From NCBI RefSeq assembly GCF_006345805.1, contig NC_043000.1, forward strand, positions 29,140,001 through 29,204,000: DNA of 64,000 nucleotides, in the 5' to 3' direction. How positions within the stretch are numbered: position 1 is the first letter of the stretch; each line of letters begins with the position of its first letter. The position numbers and the translations under genes were made by a program. Under the pieces are notes generated by a model. That model did not search any database, was not told the origin of the DNA, and was given only the letters and a program-made list of their open reading frames with translations. Positions 39,677 through 53,715 of this stretch are shown here, in pieces. This stretch comes from Octopus sinensis. Taxonomy: Eukaryota.

Positions 39677-39855
39677 CATATCCATATATACGACGGGTTT
39701 CTTTCAGTTCCCGTCTACCAAATCCACTCACAAGGATTTGGTCTGCCCGAGGCTATAATAGAAGGCACTTGCCCAAGGTGCCGCGTAGTGGGACTGAACC
39801 CGGAACCATGTGGTTAGTAAGCAAGTTACTTACCACACAGCCACTCCTACGCCTA
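39402..39855 (-). mobile_element. SINE family B, full length
   Basis: Family match. Confidence 0.88.
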
Positions 39856-40554
39856 TATGTCAGTAAGATGTGAAGGAATGACATATTTGGTTCCATCAAC
39901 GCTACTAAAACGCCGCCCCTACGCACCCCATACTACACACCAAGAAAGAAAAAACCACAACTGCAATGTACTACACCTTCTTTATTATCGATAACATCGC
40001 AATTCTAACTTTTATAAATATCAGTTCTCAAAATTTCTCATCGGTTCTCATGACAATCATATTAAGTAACATCGATAAAACGATTGTTGTAAGAATTGAA
40101 AAAGGGTCGGTCACTTGTCACGCTTAATGATTTTTAAAAATAGTTTTAAGCGTTTTAAACTTATTCCAAAACACGGGGAGCGAGAACTATATGAATTCGA
40201 AATCTTGACTCCCCATTAGTAAAGAAGATGAAAGTAAAAAAAAATCGAATAATATATTTAGGAGTGGGCTGAGGGTATTTGTCAGTGTTAGAGCCACTAG
40301 ATGAAAAGCTGTTTCGGAAGTTTAAGCCAGAACTGTTTAACTTCTCAATTGTTGCAGTTTCACTATAAGATATAAGTGTGACTCCGCAATAAGGCATTAC
40401 TAACATGTCTTTAAAGAACAGTAACTACACACATAAGCATGCATTATGTAGGAATATGGGAATCGCTATACGATTATTCGAGACACAAGTATACGTAACA
40501 TGTGAATATGAAAACCTCTGTACATATAGCGTGGGATCCTTGCGTGGATTTTTT

Positions 40555-40822
40555 GTTTGTCTGTTTCAGTTATTTGACTGCAGCCATGCTGGAGCACCGC
40601 ATTTAGTCGAGCAAATCGATCCCAGGTCTTATCCTTTGTAAGCTTAGTAAGTAATCTATCGGTCAATTTTGTCGAGCCTATAGTTACGGTGATGTAAACA
40701 CACCAGCATCGTTTGTCAAGCGATGTTGGGGGAACAAACATAGTCACACAAACACATACATACATACATACATACATACATGCATACATATATACATACA
40801 TACATATACACATACACACACG

Positions 40823-40854
<32 letters not shown>

Positions 40855-41018
40855 CACACGACGGGCTTCTTCCAGTTTCCGTCTACCAAATTCACTCACA
40901 CGACTTTGGTCGGCCCGAGGCTATAGTAGAAAATATTTTCCCAAGGTGCCACGCAGTGGGACTGAGCCCGGAACCATGTGGTTCATAAGCAAGCTAATTA
41001 CCACACAGCCACTCCTGC
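40555..41018 (-). mobile_element. SINE family B, full length
   Basis: Family match. Confidence 0.85.
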
Positions 41019-41042
41019 GCCTAAAAATTATGATGAATATAC

Positions 41043-41431
41043 TTTTCTACTCTAGGCACAAAGCCCTAAATTTTGGAGGAGGGATCCAGTCGATCAGATC
41101 GATCCCAATACGCAACTGGTACTTAATTTATTGACCCCCGAAAGGCAAAATCGACCTCGGCGGAATTTGAACTCAGAACATAGCGGCAGACGAAATACCT
41201 ATTTCTTTACTACCCACAAGGGGCTGAACACAGAGAGGACAAACAATGACAGACAAACGGATTAAATTGATTATATCGACCCCAGTGCGTAACTGGTACT
41301 TAATTTATCGACCCTGAAAGGATGAAAGGCAAAGTCGACCTGCGCGGAATTTGAACTCATAACGTAACGGCAGACGAAATACTGCTAAGCATTCCGCGCG
41401 GCGTGCTAACGTTTCTGCCAGCTCGCCGCCT
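41043..41431 (-). mobile_element. SINE family A, composite with duplicated module
   Basis: Family match. Confidence 0.85.
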
Positions 41432-42729
41432 TATTCAACTTGTTAAAATATGAAAGCAGCCGAATTTCTTTCATCTTATTGCATACATCTGGAAAAGATT
41501 GGGTGTATGAGGTAATATCCTCAGATGCGCAATAACTCAAATAAGGACAGCGTGTTCAATAATAGAGCACCTTTGCTTATATGTCCACTATATAAAGGCC
41601 GGGATAGGGCTAAACAACAACGGTAACAAGCTCATGCACATGAGCCAACAAGACAGCCTCTGTATAGTCGTTTGACCAGATAAAGATAGCAACTGAATCT
41701 TTCTAAAGTCATGCTCTACCATCTAAAAACCGAAAGGATATAACGGACACTGTTGTCGTGAGTGTGTGAAAAGACGGAAAGCAAATACGTGTATGTGTAC
41801 ACGCGTGTGTGCGTGCATTGGTATATGGATGCGTGTGAGTATACAGCAATAGACATGCATGCGTATGGATGCTTAATGAGGCTAAGTATCTATCCTATAA
41901 TTGTGCCAAGTGCAAATTCCTGTGGGAAGAAGTTGGTAAAAGTGTCTGTGTGCGCGTGAGAGAGAGAGAAAGAGAGAGAGAGGGAGGAAGAGAGAGAGGG
42001 AGAGAGAGAGGGAGAGAGAGAAAGACAAAAAGACAGAAAGATAGAACTTCACTAGAACGTGCACACATGCATACGAACACACACGCATACGAACACATGC
42101 ATACGAACACACATGCATACGAACACACGTACACCCACACACACACCCACACACACACAATAAGCGGGTATTTGTGCACGTGTGTGAGGGACAGTGAAGG
42201 CCATGTCAGTACACCATCAGCGCTCGAGTGTTTGAGAACTAAAAGAATACTTATATTTACGAAAAACATTGCTTATTTTCAAAACCAAATAAAATATTTA
42301 AAAGGTCATATTGATATTTAATACACGTTGGCTACTACTATTTACACCGTAGAATTTCGAAAGGGTCAGCTCGTATAATTTCTAAACGAATATAAAATGC
42401 TAAAGGAGAAAAGTTTGAACTTTAGTAAGACAACAGAGGGCATATTTCGGCTTTTCTAAAACTCATCAACGAAATATAGCTTAATCGCTCTAACAATTCT
42501 CACTGTCATTAATCTGCTGAAATACAGACTCTCGACTGCCTTCCGTATTTAAGTTGAAGAAATTAATGAAACCTTGGAATTTTCTTCCCTCGCAGTTTTT
42601 GACTAGAACTAGTCATTAGAATAATTACTGTTCTCTTCATTAAAGGTGCAAATCTAATTAATTAAAATGTCTAGGCTTATTACATCAATTATACCAGCCT
42701 CCATTTTCCTATTGAACACAAACGCAAAC

Positions 42730-42855
<126 letters not shown>

Positions 42856-42939
42856 CCACACACACACGTATATGTATTATACATATATATATATATATAT
42901 GTGCATAAATAGATGAATGTGTGTGTGCATATATATATG

Positions 42940-42973
<34 letters not shown>

Positions 42974-43396
42974 ATATTTATAGAGATGTGTATGTATATT
43001 AAATGTATTCATCCATATATATATATATATGTATATATGTACATATATATATATTTATATACGCATGTATAAATATATGCAAATGTGTAAATAAATATAC
43101 ATATATTTATGTATGTATCTCTCTCACTCACCCTCTCTCTCTATATATATAAATAATATATGTATATATGTATGTATATATATATATGTATGTATATATA
43201 TGCATGTATAGATCTATATCTATGCATATGTTCATTAAAATATACGTATATAGAAATGTATATGTATACATATGTATATGTGTGTATATATATATATAAC
43301 GGGAAGCTTTATGAAAATAGACAAAAGACGAAGGCAGGTGGAAAACAAACAAACAATTGTATTAGTATGGCGCTCAGGAAATATAAATAAAACAAG

Positions 43397-43434
43397 TCTT
43401 TAACGTTTCGAGCCTACGCTCTTCAACAGAAAGA
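43397..43434 (-). ncRNA. Hammerhead-like motif with A6U core (family Y)
   Basis: TCTTT-CTGTTGA-aGAGCgtagGCTC-GAA-ACGT-T/AAAGA. Confidence 0.7.
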
Positions 43435-44319
43435 TACACAGAGAGAAAAAAACACAGAAAGAAGGAGAGAAAAAAATGCGTGCAGTAACTAACGAACCAA
43501 CATGGCGATCTGATTTCGGCCAGAAGTCAAAGATCAAACATGAGACGCGAGAGCGAATTAGGGGATAATAGGGTTGAGTGACCAGCTCCAACATAAGGGT
43601 GTGTGTGTGTGTGTGTGTATGAGAGAGTATTAGTGCGTATGAGAGGTCTGGACGTGTGTATGTATAGGGTTGGTGTATGTATTAGTATTATTAGTATGTT
43701 AAGGGTGTGTGTGTGTGGGTGTGTTATGAGAGAGTATTAGTGCGCATGAGAGGTCTGGACGTGTGTATGTATAGGGTTGGTGTATGTATAGTATGTATTA
43801 GTATGTATTAGTACGTATTAGTATGTATAGGGTGTGTGTGTGTGTGTGTGTGTATGAGAGAGTATTAGTGCGTATAGAGGTCTGGACGTGTGTATGTATA
43901 GGGTTGGTGTATGTATTAGTATGTATTAGTTGGTGTATGTATTAGTATGGCACATCATATAGGATGTGATGTGTAAAGTCGTGTGGTGTAATGTGGAGAG
44001 AGGAGAAGAGGGGGGGGAGAAGAGAGGGGGAGGAGAGAGGGGAGGGGGAGAAAGGGAGGGGGGAGGAGGAAGGGGAGGAGAGGGGGGAGGAGGAAGAGGG
44101 AGAAGAGGGGGAGAGGGGGAGAGAGAAGGGGAGTGAGGGAGCAGAGGGAAGGGGAAGAGGTGAAGGGAGGGAGGGAGAAAGAGGGAAGAAGGGAAGGGGT
44201 AGTAGGGGTGAAGGATGAAGGACTGAAGAAGTAGGGGTCGGGGGGGAAAGGTAGGTGAGGAGGGGGGAGAGGGGGGGGGTTAGATGAGGAGGGGGGAGAG
44301 TTGAGACCAATTGGCGTAT

Positions 44320-45629
44320 AAGAGCGAAGAGAGAAGATTAATTCCTGTTCACGGCGCAAACGGGAATCCGGATGGCCTCTGTGTAAGGACAAACCGAACA
44401 CAGATGGTGTTGCAAGGAGTGACCGGTGGAGCGGAAATGGCGAGAGACCGGTGTGTCGTTCGCAAGGTGGATGTCACGAAGGTGTTCCGCGAACCGGTCA
44501 GCCAAGCGGCGTCCCGTTATCCGATGTAACAAGGAATGGCAGAGAGAGCAAGAGACGCAATAGATAATATTGCTGGAGGTGCAGGTGAAGGAGTGGATGA
44601 TGGGATAGGGTCGATGATGGGTGTGCTAGTGAGGAGGGTGTGTGTTGGAGAGGTTAGGGCAAGTGCGGCAACGTGGGCGGGAGCAGGGGAACGAGCCGGG
44701 TTGGGAGGTAGGGTCAGGGAAGGAGCTATGGACCAAAAGGTCTCGAAGGTTGTGGGCTCGTTTGAAAGAGGGGAGGGGTCGGTTAGGGAAGAGGTGTGAA
44801 GTGGACGGTCGGACTGGAGATGACGAAAGCTCGAAGAATGGTGTGTTGGAGAGGTAGGGTCGTGGGGTGGTAAGTGAGGGGAAAAGGGAGGCGGAGACTA
44901 CAGGGCGGGTTCGGGAGAGAGAGCAGATACACGGTCCACGGACCGTGCTCTGGCAAGGGCGGTGTGGATAGTGGTGAGGGGGTATCCACGTAGGTGAAGT
45001 GTGAGCCATACGTTGAGACTGAGTCTCAAAGTCATGGTCGTCACTACAGAGCCTACGTAGACGGAGGAATTGGGAATAGGGGATGGAAAGCTTGGTGTGT
45101 TCTGGGTGGGAGGAAGAGAAGTTGAGGTATGAGTGTGAGTCTGTGTGTTGTAGTGAATGGAGGTGGTAAGAGTGGAGTGAAGAATGCTAACCGAAATGTC
45201 GAGGAAGGAGACAGAGGTGTTGGAGATAGTGGAAGTGAAGTGGAGGGCTGGATGGAAAGATTGGACGAAAGAGAGGAAGGAATCTAGATGTTCACGGGAG
45301 AGTGAGGTGGCACCGATAATGTCGTCAATGTAACGACCATATAGTCCAGGAGTGGGACCAGTGAAATTAGAGAATATTTGGGCCTCAACATAGCCAACGA
45401 ACAGGTTCGCATAGTTGGGGCCCATTCGCGTTCCCATGGCCACTCCCGAGACCTGATGGTAGAACTCGCCCGCGAACGAGAAGCAGTTCAGAGTAAGGAC
45501 AAGTTCAGCCAGACGAATGAGTGTGGAGGGGTGTCAGGTACAGGGTTGGAGCGGAGGTCAAAAAAGTGTCGAAGGGCCTGCAGTCCTTCGTGGTGAGGGA
45601 TAACAGTATAGAGGCTTGGGATGTCCATA
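44320..45629 (-). pseudogene. Frameshifted PLE reverse transcriptase-GIY-YIG ORF
   Basis: Motifs split over ORFs 44898-45443, 44626-45009 and 44338-44532. Confidence 0.85.
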
Positions 45630-45655
45630 GTATATATATAATATATATTATATAT

Positions 45656-45686
<31 letters not shown>

Positions 45687-45805
45687 ATATATATATATTA
45701 TATATATATGCATATGTGTATATATATGTATCCATGTTTATATATGTACATATATACATATATAATATATATGTTGATATCGATATATATATATATGTAT
45801 GTATG

Positions 45806-45835
<30 letters not shown>

Positions 45836-45836
<1 letters not shown>

Positions 45837-45970
45837 CCCCCACCGATACTTGTATATTATTTACGATTATTGAATCACGCCACTCAGGCTGGAGTGGAAG
45901 ACGACCTTGAGAAAGATATGGATTACTCATTATCAGACTCTTAATCCGTGGTGTTTCCTCTTGTCCGGTA
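45836..45970 (+). mobile_element. Possible fragment of a second PLE (GIY-YIG C-terminus)
   Basis: With one frameshift reads ERYWITHYQTLNP, resembling the PLE E..WI..L.T..P.GLN terminus. Confidence 0.3.
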
Positions 45971-46150
45971 ATACTCTATACATTATTAATATACAAATGC
46001 AAACGCACATACACGCACAGTAACAAACACACAATCACACACGCGCACGTACACACACACATACACATACACACACACATCGATATGCATTTTATATTTT
46101 CTACGACGCAATGTGCATAAACATGTACATATAGATTATAAATAAATGCA

Positions 46151-46259
<109 letters not shown>

Positions 46260-46449
46260 GTCTGTCTGTCTGTCTATATAGCTATCTATCTATCTATTTA
46301 TCTATTTTTGTATCTATCTTTGTATCAATATGAACAGAAAATATACACACATACAAATATCCACACACACACACACATACGTGTATGCGCATTTACCACG
46401 TATGTATAAATATATGAACAGAAATGCATTCGTACATGCATTCTTACTC

Positions 46450-46620
46450 ACACATACACCGGCCACACATACGACATGTTTCTTTCAGTTTCTGTCTACC
46501 AAATCCTCTCATAAGGGATTGGTCGACTCGAGGCTAAAATAGAAGACACTTGTCCAAGGAGTCACGCTGTGAGACTGAACCCGGAACCATCTGGTTGGTA
46601 AGCAAGCTACTTACCACACA
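46450..46620 (-). mobile_element. SINE family B, 5' half
   Basis: Family match. Confidence 0.8.
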
Positions 46621-46639
46621 GATCGCTAACGACTACATA

Positions 46640-46755
46640 TTTTAGGCTCGAAACATTAAAGACTTTTTCGTTCCCGAGCGTTAAACTAATGTATCTGTTT
46701 GTTGTCTACACCACCTGTCTTCGTCTTTTATTTTCTTGTGAATTCTCCCCACTAT
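46640..46755 (+). mobile_element. 5'-truncated family Y repeat (3' half of HHR only)
   Basis: TAGGCTCGAAACATTAAAGAC then the family Y tail. Confidence 0.7.
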
Positions 46756-46758
46756 ATA

Positions 46759-46806
<48 letters not shown>

Positions 46807-46807
46807 G

Positions 46808-47275
46808 TAGGCGCAGCAGTGGCTGTGTGGTAAGTAACTTGCTTACCAACCACATGGTCATGGGTTCAATCCCACTGCGTGGCATCTTGGCAAATGTCTT
46901 CAACTATAGCCTCAGGCCGACCAAGGCCTTGTGAGTGGATTTGGTTGATGGAAACTGAAAGAAACCCATCGTATATATATATATATATATGAATATGTAT
47001 AAATATGTATGTGTGTGTGTGTGTGTGAGTGTGTGTGTGCGTGTGTGTGTATGTTTGTGTGTATGTTTCCCCCAACATCGCTTGGCAACAGATGCTGGTG
47101 TGTTTATATCCCCGCAACCTAACGGTTCGGCAAAAGCGACCGATAGAATAAGTACTAGGCTTACAAAAAATAAACTCTGGAGTCGATTTTCTCGACTAAA
47201 GGCGGTGCTCCAGCATGGCCACACTCAAATGATACAAACAAGTAAAAGAGTTAAAGAATAAAGAATACAGAATAT
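46808..47275 (+). mobile_element. SINE family B, full length
   Basis: Family match. Confidence 0.88.
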
Positions 47276-47508
47276 ATATATATGTGTATATATGTATATA
47301 TATATATATAATATATATATATATATACACATATACATGTAATATATATATATATATACACACACACACATATACACACACTTATATATATACATACACA
47401 TATATATATATACATATATATATATACATATACATATACATACATATTATACATACAATATATATATATAGGTATACACATACATATATATATATACACA
47501 CATACATA

Positions 47509-47549
<41 letters not shown>

Positions 47550-47906
47550 TATATACATATGTATATATATATCCATTTATTGCAATGTCTGATTTGTTCT
47601 CTTGTCTATAAATCACATCATTATACTTTTATTATTATTATATATATTGTTATTAATTATTTATTATTTTATATTATTATTATTATTATATTATTATTAT
47701 TATTATTGTGTTTATTATTATTATTATTATTTCTATTATTATTATTATTGTTTGTGTTATTGTCGCCGGTATCGTTGTTATTGTATCACTTTGGTGAACC
47801 TGCTTGGATAAGTTCAACGACCAAAATGTGATTGGTGCCACAGGAAATTTAAGTGAACTTTCATTTTCAACACGTTAGTGATTGAAGCGTGATAGAACGT
47901 GTGTAT

Positions 47907-47939
<33 letters not shown>

Positions 47940-48143
47940 GTGGTGTATTTGTGTGTGTGTAGGCGTGAATGAGTGTGCTTATGTGCATGTATGTGCATGA
48001 ACATACACGCGTAGTATATACATGTATGTGTGCATGGATATTTATGCAAAATGTACACACGTATACATATACACATACACGCATATATACGTATACATGT
48101 ATATATACATGCATATGTATATATGTATATATGTATATAGCCA

Positions 48144-48204
48144 GATAACCGAAGAGATGGTGTTGTGGATTTCCACTTCGGCATCTGAAACTCAGAGTTT
48201 TATC
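48144..48204 (+). ncRNA. Hammerhead (U4C core)
   Basis: GATAA-CCGAAGA-GATG...CATCt-GAA-ACTCAGAGT-T/TTATC. Confidence 0.7.
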
Positions 48205-48311
48205 TTGACTACCGAGTAATGTAACATATTGTATAGATAAATTTCCTCTATTTACATAATATTGAGGTCTCTTTCTTTCTTTTGTTATCTTACCGTTTTA
48301 TCAAATATTTA

Positions 48312-48393
<82 letters not shown>

Positions 48394-49209
48394 CTATAAT
48401 ATAATATATTGTATATATATTACATATATACATATATATATAATATATATATAGATTAATATAATACATATGTTCATATACGTACATATACATACATTTA
48501 TGTGTATATTATATAAATGTATCTATGCAGGTATATGTATACATATACACACACATACGGCCTTATGTATAAAAATTTGTATGATGTGTGCGCGTGTGTG
48601 TGTATGCGTGTGTGTATGCGTGTGTATGTGTGTGTTTATGCGCGTGTATGTATGTCTGTGCGTGTGCGGTGTATTTGTGACTGGTTTTACAAATATCAAC
48701 GCCAGTGCCAAGAATGCACACACACACATGCTCACATACACACACACGCACACACACATACGCAGTCACACACACACACACACATACACCTTCTCTCACG
48801 TATACGCATAAAACCCTACTCAATAACTTCTTGCATAAAAACTAAACTTGATTAACCTGACGAGATAACAGCCGAGCGATTGTCCCTTAGTAATAATAGT
48901 GTTTATGTTCCGATTGAATCTAATTTTAAGTCCGTTGTTTTGCTCGCTCCTTCGACTCGCTATGGATTGTCTTCGGCGTTTATTGTAAAATGTCATTATC
49001 ATTTATTGACACCAGTCACCATGTCACCACAGTATATATATATATAGAAAAAAACCCCATCTATCTTCTGCGCATGCGTGGCCTGAAGTGCGTGTGTATG
49101 CGCCGGCGTGTGTGTATAAATGTTTGAGAATGTTTGATTGAGTGTATTGGTTTTGCTAATGAAATGTGTATTTCGCTTTATCATCATCATCATCATCATC
49201 ATCATCATT

Positions 49210-49256
<47 letters not shown>

Positions 49257-49273
49257 TATTATTATTATTATTA

Positions 49274-49338
<65 letters not shown>

Positions 49339-49344
49339 ATTATA

Positions 49345-49376
<32 letters not shown>

Positions 49377-49931
49377 GTGAGAGAGCAGTGCATGCCATCA
49401 AAGTGACACTGGGGTAAAATATACGAAGCCCAATATACACATCATGACTACCCGTCTGATAAGGATACACTAGGCACATGCATCACAACCATATGTACGC
49501 GACATTGTGATCTCATATCAAGATAAACAGCACATGACCTTGCAGGTGGGGCCCAGTTAGAATTTTCTTCAGGTCGAGTAGCCCATCCTGCTCAAAAGGT
49601 CCCTGAATAAGGGTTGCTTTAGGATGTTGAACGAAACACCCATGTTTCCAGAGGTGAATTATTCAAACTCCAAAGAATCCCTCTCAACACATGGCTATGA
49701 TGCTCCCCCACTACTTCTGCTCGTGATCAGAGATGCACGTATTGTCAGCCACTAAGGGACATGCTCAACTGGTTAAGGTCAAACAACTGACAAGCAAATC
49801 TGTGGTATTGAGCAGAATATTTGCTGTAGCCCATCTTTTATACCAAGACAAAACAATGTACATGATAACACTTCCAATTAGTTAAGATCAGAAGCCATGA
49901 GAGCCACTGCCTGGTACTGTATCAGGGCATT
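49377..49931 (-). mobile_element. ~555-bp non-coding element embedded in (TAA)n on both sides
   Basis: Flanked by (ATT)n arrays at 49179-49376 and 49932-50445; second copy at 16775. Confidence 0.85.
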
Positions 49932-49951
49932 TATTATTATTATTATTATTA

Positions 49952-50033
<82 letters not shown>

Positions 50034-50243
50034 TATTACTATTATTATCATTATTATTATTATTATTATTATCATAATTATTATCATTATTATTATTATC
50101 ATTATTATTATTATTATTATTATCACTATTATTATTATTATTATCATCATTATTATTATTATTATTATTATCATTATCATCATCATCATCATCATTATCA
50201 TTATTATCATTATTATCATTATTATTATTATTATATTATTATA

Positions 50244-50320
<77 letters not shown>

Positions 50321-50347
50321 TACTATAACTACTACTACTACTACTAC

Positions 50348-50437
<90 letters not shown>

Positions 50438-50445
50438 TACTACTA

Positions 50446-52858
50446 TCGTTGTTGTTGATTGAAGATATTGTGTCTATCGGCAGATTGTAATGTCTGTCAA
50501 GTCACAGCAAAGGCATCAGACAGAAAGTATTTTACACAATATGCGTGCTGTTCTAAGTAAAACATATCTTTGCAATACATCTAGATTGTAGGGTATTTCT
50601 AAGGTTTCCAAATGTTTTTTCAGGTTGGGTGGTATTGAACCCAATGCTCCGATGACAACAAGATTTATGTTCGTCTCTCGTAGCGATCTCAATTCCTAAG
50701 TCTCCATATTTATCAATCCTTTCTCTTTCTTTCATGGTAATATATTGACCTCCTGACACCGCCACGTCGATTATTAGGCACTCTTGTTTGTCCCTCCTAA
50801 AGGTTGCTATATCCGGCCTTCGGTGCTCTAACACCTTGTCTGTCTGGAAGTCAAAGTCCCAGAAAAGTTTTTCCTTCTTCTTTTCATCCGTTTCCTTCTC
50901 CCGTGTATGTTGGTACCAATCACCCGCAACCTCATATCCATTACTTCCGGCATAGTATCCGGTTAAGGATCTGCGCTACTTAGTCGTGTCTGTGCTTGTA
51001 CTCTCTCTGCGCAACACTTTCACAAGCACTAACAATGAGAGTCACGCTTTCGACCCTCTTCCCGAACATTCTGTAGAGGTCCATGGGGTATATATCCCTT
51101 TTCACTGAGTTAGTATTCAATACCTGATCCTAGGCAGCGATGATTAGGCTTTCATTTTTCTCTTTTAGGTCACACTTGTTGAGCCACCTCCATGATGCTT
51201 CCTGCTCTTTTAAGTTGTTAGTTTCACGGTGGAACTGACCATATAATTCCATGCTGAGTAGAGTTTCTTCTCTCCCGTTGGTTGTTCGTGATCGGAATTC
51301 ATTAGCACTCCCAAGTCCATTTTTGGTAAATCCTTCCGCATTAGCAGCACACTGCAGCAGGTCTTGTTTGCTATTACCCAAATATTCTATCATGTTTCTT
51401 CTTTCCCTGCTGATGTAATCCCGTACGTTAATATGCCCACGTCCACCCTTACACTTCTTCATGTAGAGCCTGTGTACATTCGCTTTCGGGTGGAGGGCAC
51501 TATACATTGTCATTGTCTTTTCGGTAATGCGATCGAGTTGGTCAATTTCCGCTCGTGTCCATTTCAGGACGGGTGCACTATAGCGGACTACAGCAACAGC
51601 TCACATATTGATGGCAGTCACAAGGTTCCTTGAGTTGAGTTTTGATTTCAAGAAAAGTTTGAGGTGCTTCAAATATGCAGTGATGACCTTGTCTTTCATT
51701 TCTCTGTGCAAGATATTGTCCTGTTCCGGGATTCCAAGGTACTTGTACCCATCATCATCCGGGCCTTCAATGCTCTCTCTGTTTGGCAATTCTATATCTC
51801 TATACTCTGCTCTTTTTCCTCGTTTCTAAATGAGCACCGCACACTTCGAGATACCGAATTCCATCCCTATATCCTTGCTGCACATCTGCACAGTCTCAAC
51901 CAGCCTCTCCATTTCAGGATCTGTTTTCGCGATAAGTTTTAAATCATCCACGAAGAAAAGGCGGTTGAGATGAGGTCCATTCTTTCTCAGCTCATAGTGC
52001 GCGTTGACTTTGCGTAGGACTAGAGAAAGTGGGGTTAAAATTATAACAAATAACAGAGGTGAACAAGAGTCTCTCTAGAAGATACTTATTTTGATTGTTA
52101 CTTCAGCTAAGTGCTGGTTGTTAGAGAAAAGACGTGTTTTCCAACTGGGCATGCTGTTCTTAATCAGTGCACACATACGGTTTCAGCTATTCCACACACG
52201 CCGAGTGCTTCCAGAATCTACGAATGCAGCAACATATCGTAAGCCTTTTTAAAGTCTATCAAGGCCATGCATTAGATTTTTGGTACCGTTTTCTGTTCTT
52301 CATTACAACTTTGTCTATCACAAAGCGGTCCTTGGTGCATTTGGATCATTTTCGGCATCCCTTTTGTTCTACTTGAAGTAGATTGTTTTCTGAAAGGAAT
52401 GTATATATTTTCCCTGCGAGGATGCCTACTAACGCTTTCCAGAAGCGGTTAAGACAAACAATGGGTCGGTAATTGCCAACCTCATTGCTTTTTGACCGAT
52501 CTTTCACCCGTTTCCGAAACTGCACCACTCTGTAGGCAATTGCTTAATTGCAACGCTTGTGTGTTGACCTAGACCACTTGAGCCAGTAGTCTTGGATTTC
52601 CTCTGGTCCTGCTACTTTCCAGTTTGGCAGTTCTGATACCTGTGTAATTACATCTGTTGTTATGCGTGCATAGTTTTGTCGTAGAGCCTCAGGGCAAAGG
52701 AACTCGGTTCTCACGGAATGAATCCACTCAGCACCGTGGTTGTAAGAAATCTCTTGCCCCAGATGTTATTCCAAAATTCGCGAGTCTTCACTGCTTCGGA
52801 AAGTATATTATCTTCTGTATCTACTTCTAAGCTCTTAAAAAACTGCCTCTGGTTATTT
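50446..52858 (-). mobile_element. R4/Dong-type non-LTR retrotransposon (RT + CCHC-like + RLE), degraded, 3' end in (TAA)n
   Basis: NYRPIVCL, EQKGCRK, LFFVDDLKL, HRLYMKKCKGGRG and RPDIA...IIDVAV...KYGDL motifs. Confidence 0.9.
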
Positions 52859-53715
52859 GGCGGCAAGCTTGCAGAATTGTTAGCACGTCCGGCAAAATGT
52901 TTAGCGGCATTTCATCCGTCTTTACGTTCTGAGTTCAAATTCCACCGAGGGTGACTTTGTGCTTCATCTTCTCAGAATCTATAAAATAAGTATCAGTCGA
53001 GTACTGGAGTCGATATAACCGACTTTCTTCCCTCCTCTAAGCTTGCTGGCCTTGTATCAAAATTTGAAACCATTATTATTATTGAAGGCGGCGAGCTGGC
53101 AGAAACGTTAGCACGACGGGTGAAATGCTTAGCGGTATTTCGTCTACCACTACGTTCTGGTTTCAAATTCCGCCGAGGTCGACTTTGCCTTTCTTTCTTT
53201 CTCTTGAGGATCGATTAAATAAGTACCAGTGACGCACTGTGGTCGATGTAATCGACTTAATCCGCCTGTCTGTCCTTGTTTGTCCCTCAGTGTTTAGCCC
53301 CTTATGGGTAGTAAAGAAATAAGTAATTCGTCTGCTGTTACTTCCTGAGTTCAAATTCCGTCGACGTCGACTTTGCCTTTCATCCTTTCGGGGTCGATTA
53401 AATAAGTACCAGTTACGCACTGGGGTCGATATAATCGACTTAATCCGTTTGACTGTCCTTGTTTGTCCTCTCTGTGTTTAGCCCCTTATGAGCAATAAAG
53501 AAATAAGAATAGTTTCTGTGTCGGGAAATTTGCTTAGCGGCATTTTATTATGACTTCACGTTTTGAGTTCAAATTCAGCCGAAGTCGTCTTTGCCTTCCA
53601 TTATTGCAGGGTCGATAAAATGAGTACCAATCGAGCACTAGGTTCAGTGTCATTGACTAACCACCGCCCCTCACTTCCCCGAAATTATTGACTTTGTTCC
53701 CAAATTTGAAACCAT
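52859..53715 (+). mobile_element. Cluster of three to four SINE family A copies/modules
   Basis: Heads at 52859 and ~53087, duplicated 3' module, further copy from ~53520. Confidence 0.85.

Larger units (their letters stand above)
43298..45629 (-). mobile_element. 5'-truncated Penelope-like retroelement (probably Neptune-type): RT, Cys linker, GIY-YIG, 3' repeat with HHR
   Basis: DIPSLYTVIPH, GVAMGTRMGPNYANLFVG, YGRYIDD, FKRAHNLRDLLV, PCSRPRCRTC and TGRRLADRFAEHL motifs across frameshifts; both ends in (TA)n. Confidence 0.92.

Noticed and set aside
49860-49931. HDV-like ribozyme at the 5' end of the TAA-embedded element
   Set aside because: A P3/L3-like stem can be drawn, but P1 and P1.1 do not pair by hand. 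rRNA/snRNA similarity was also unconvincing.
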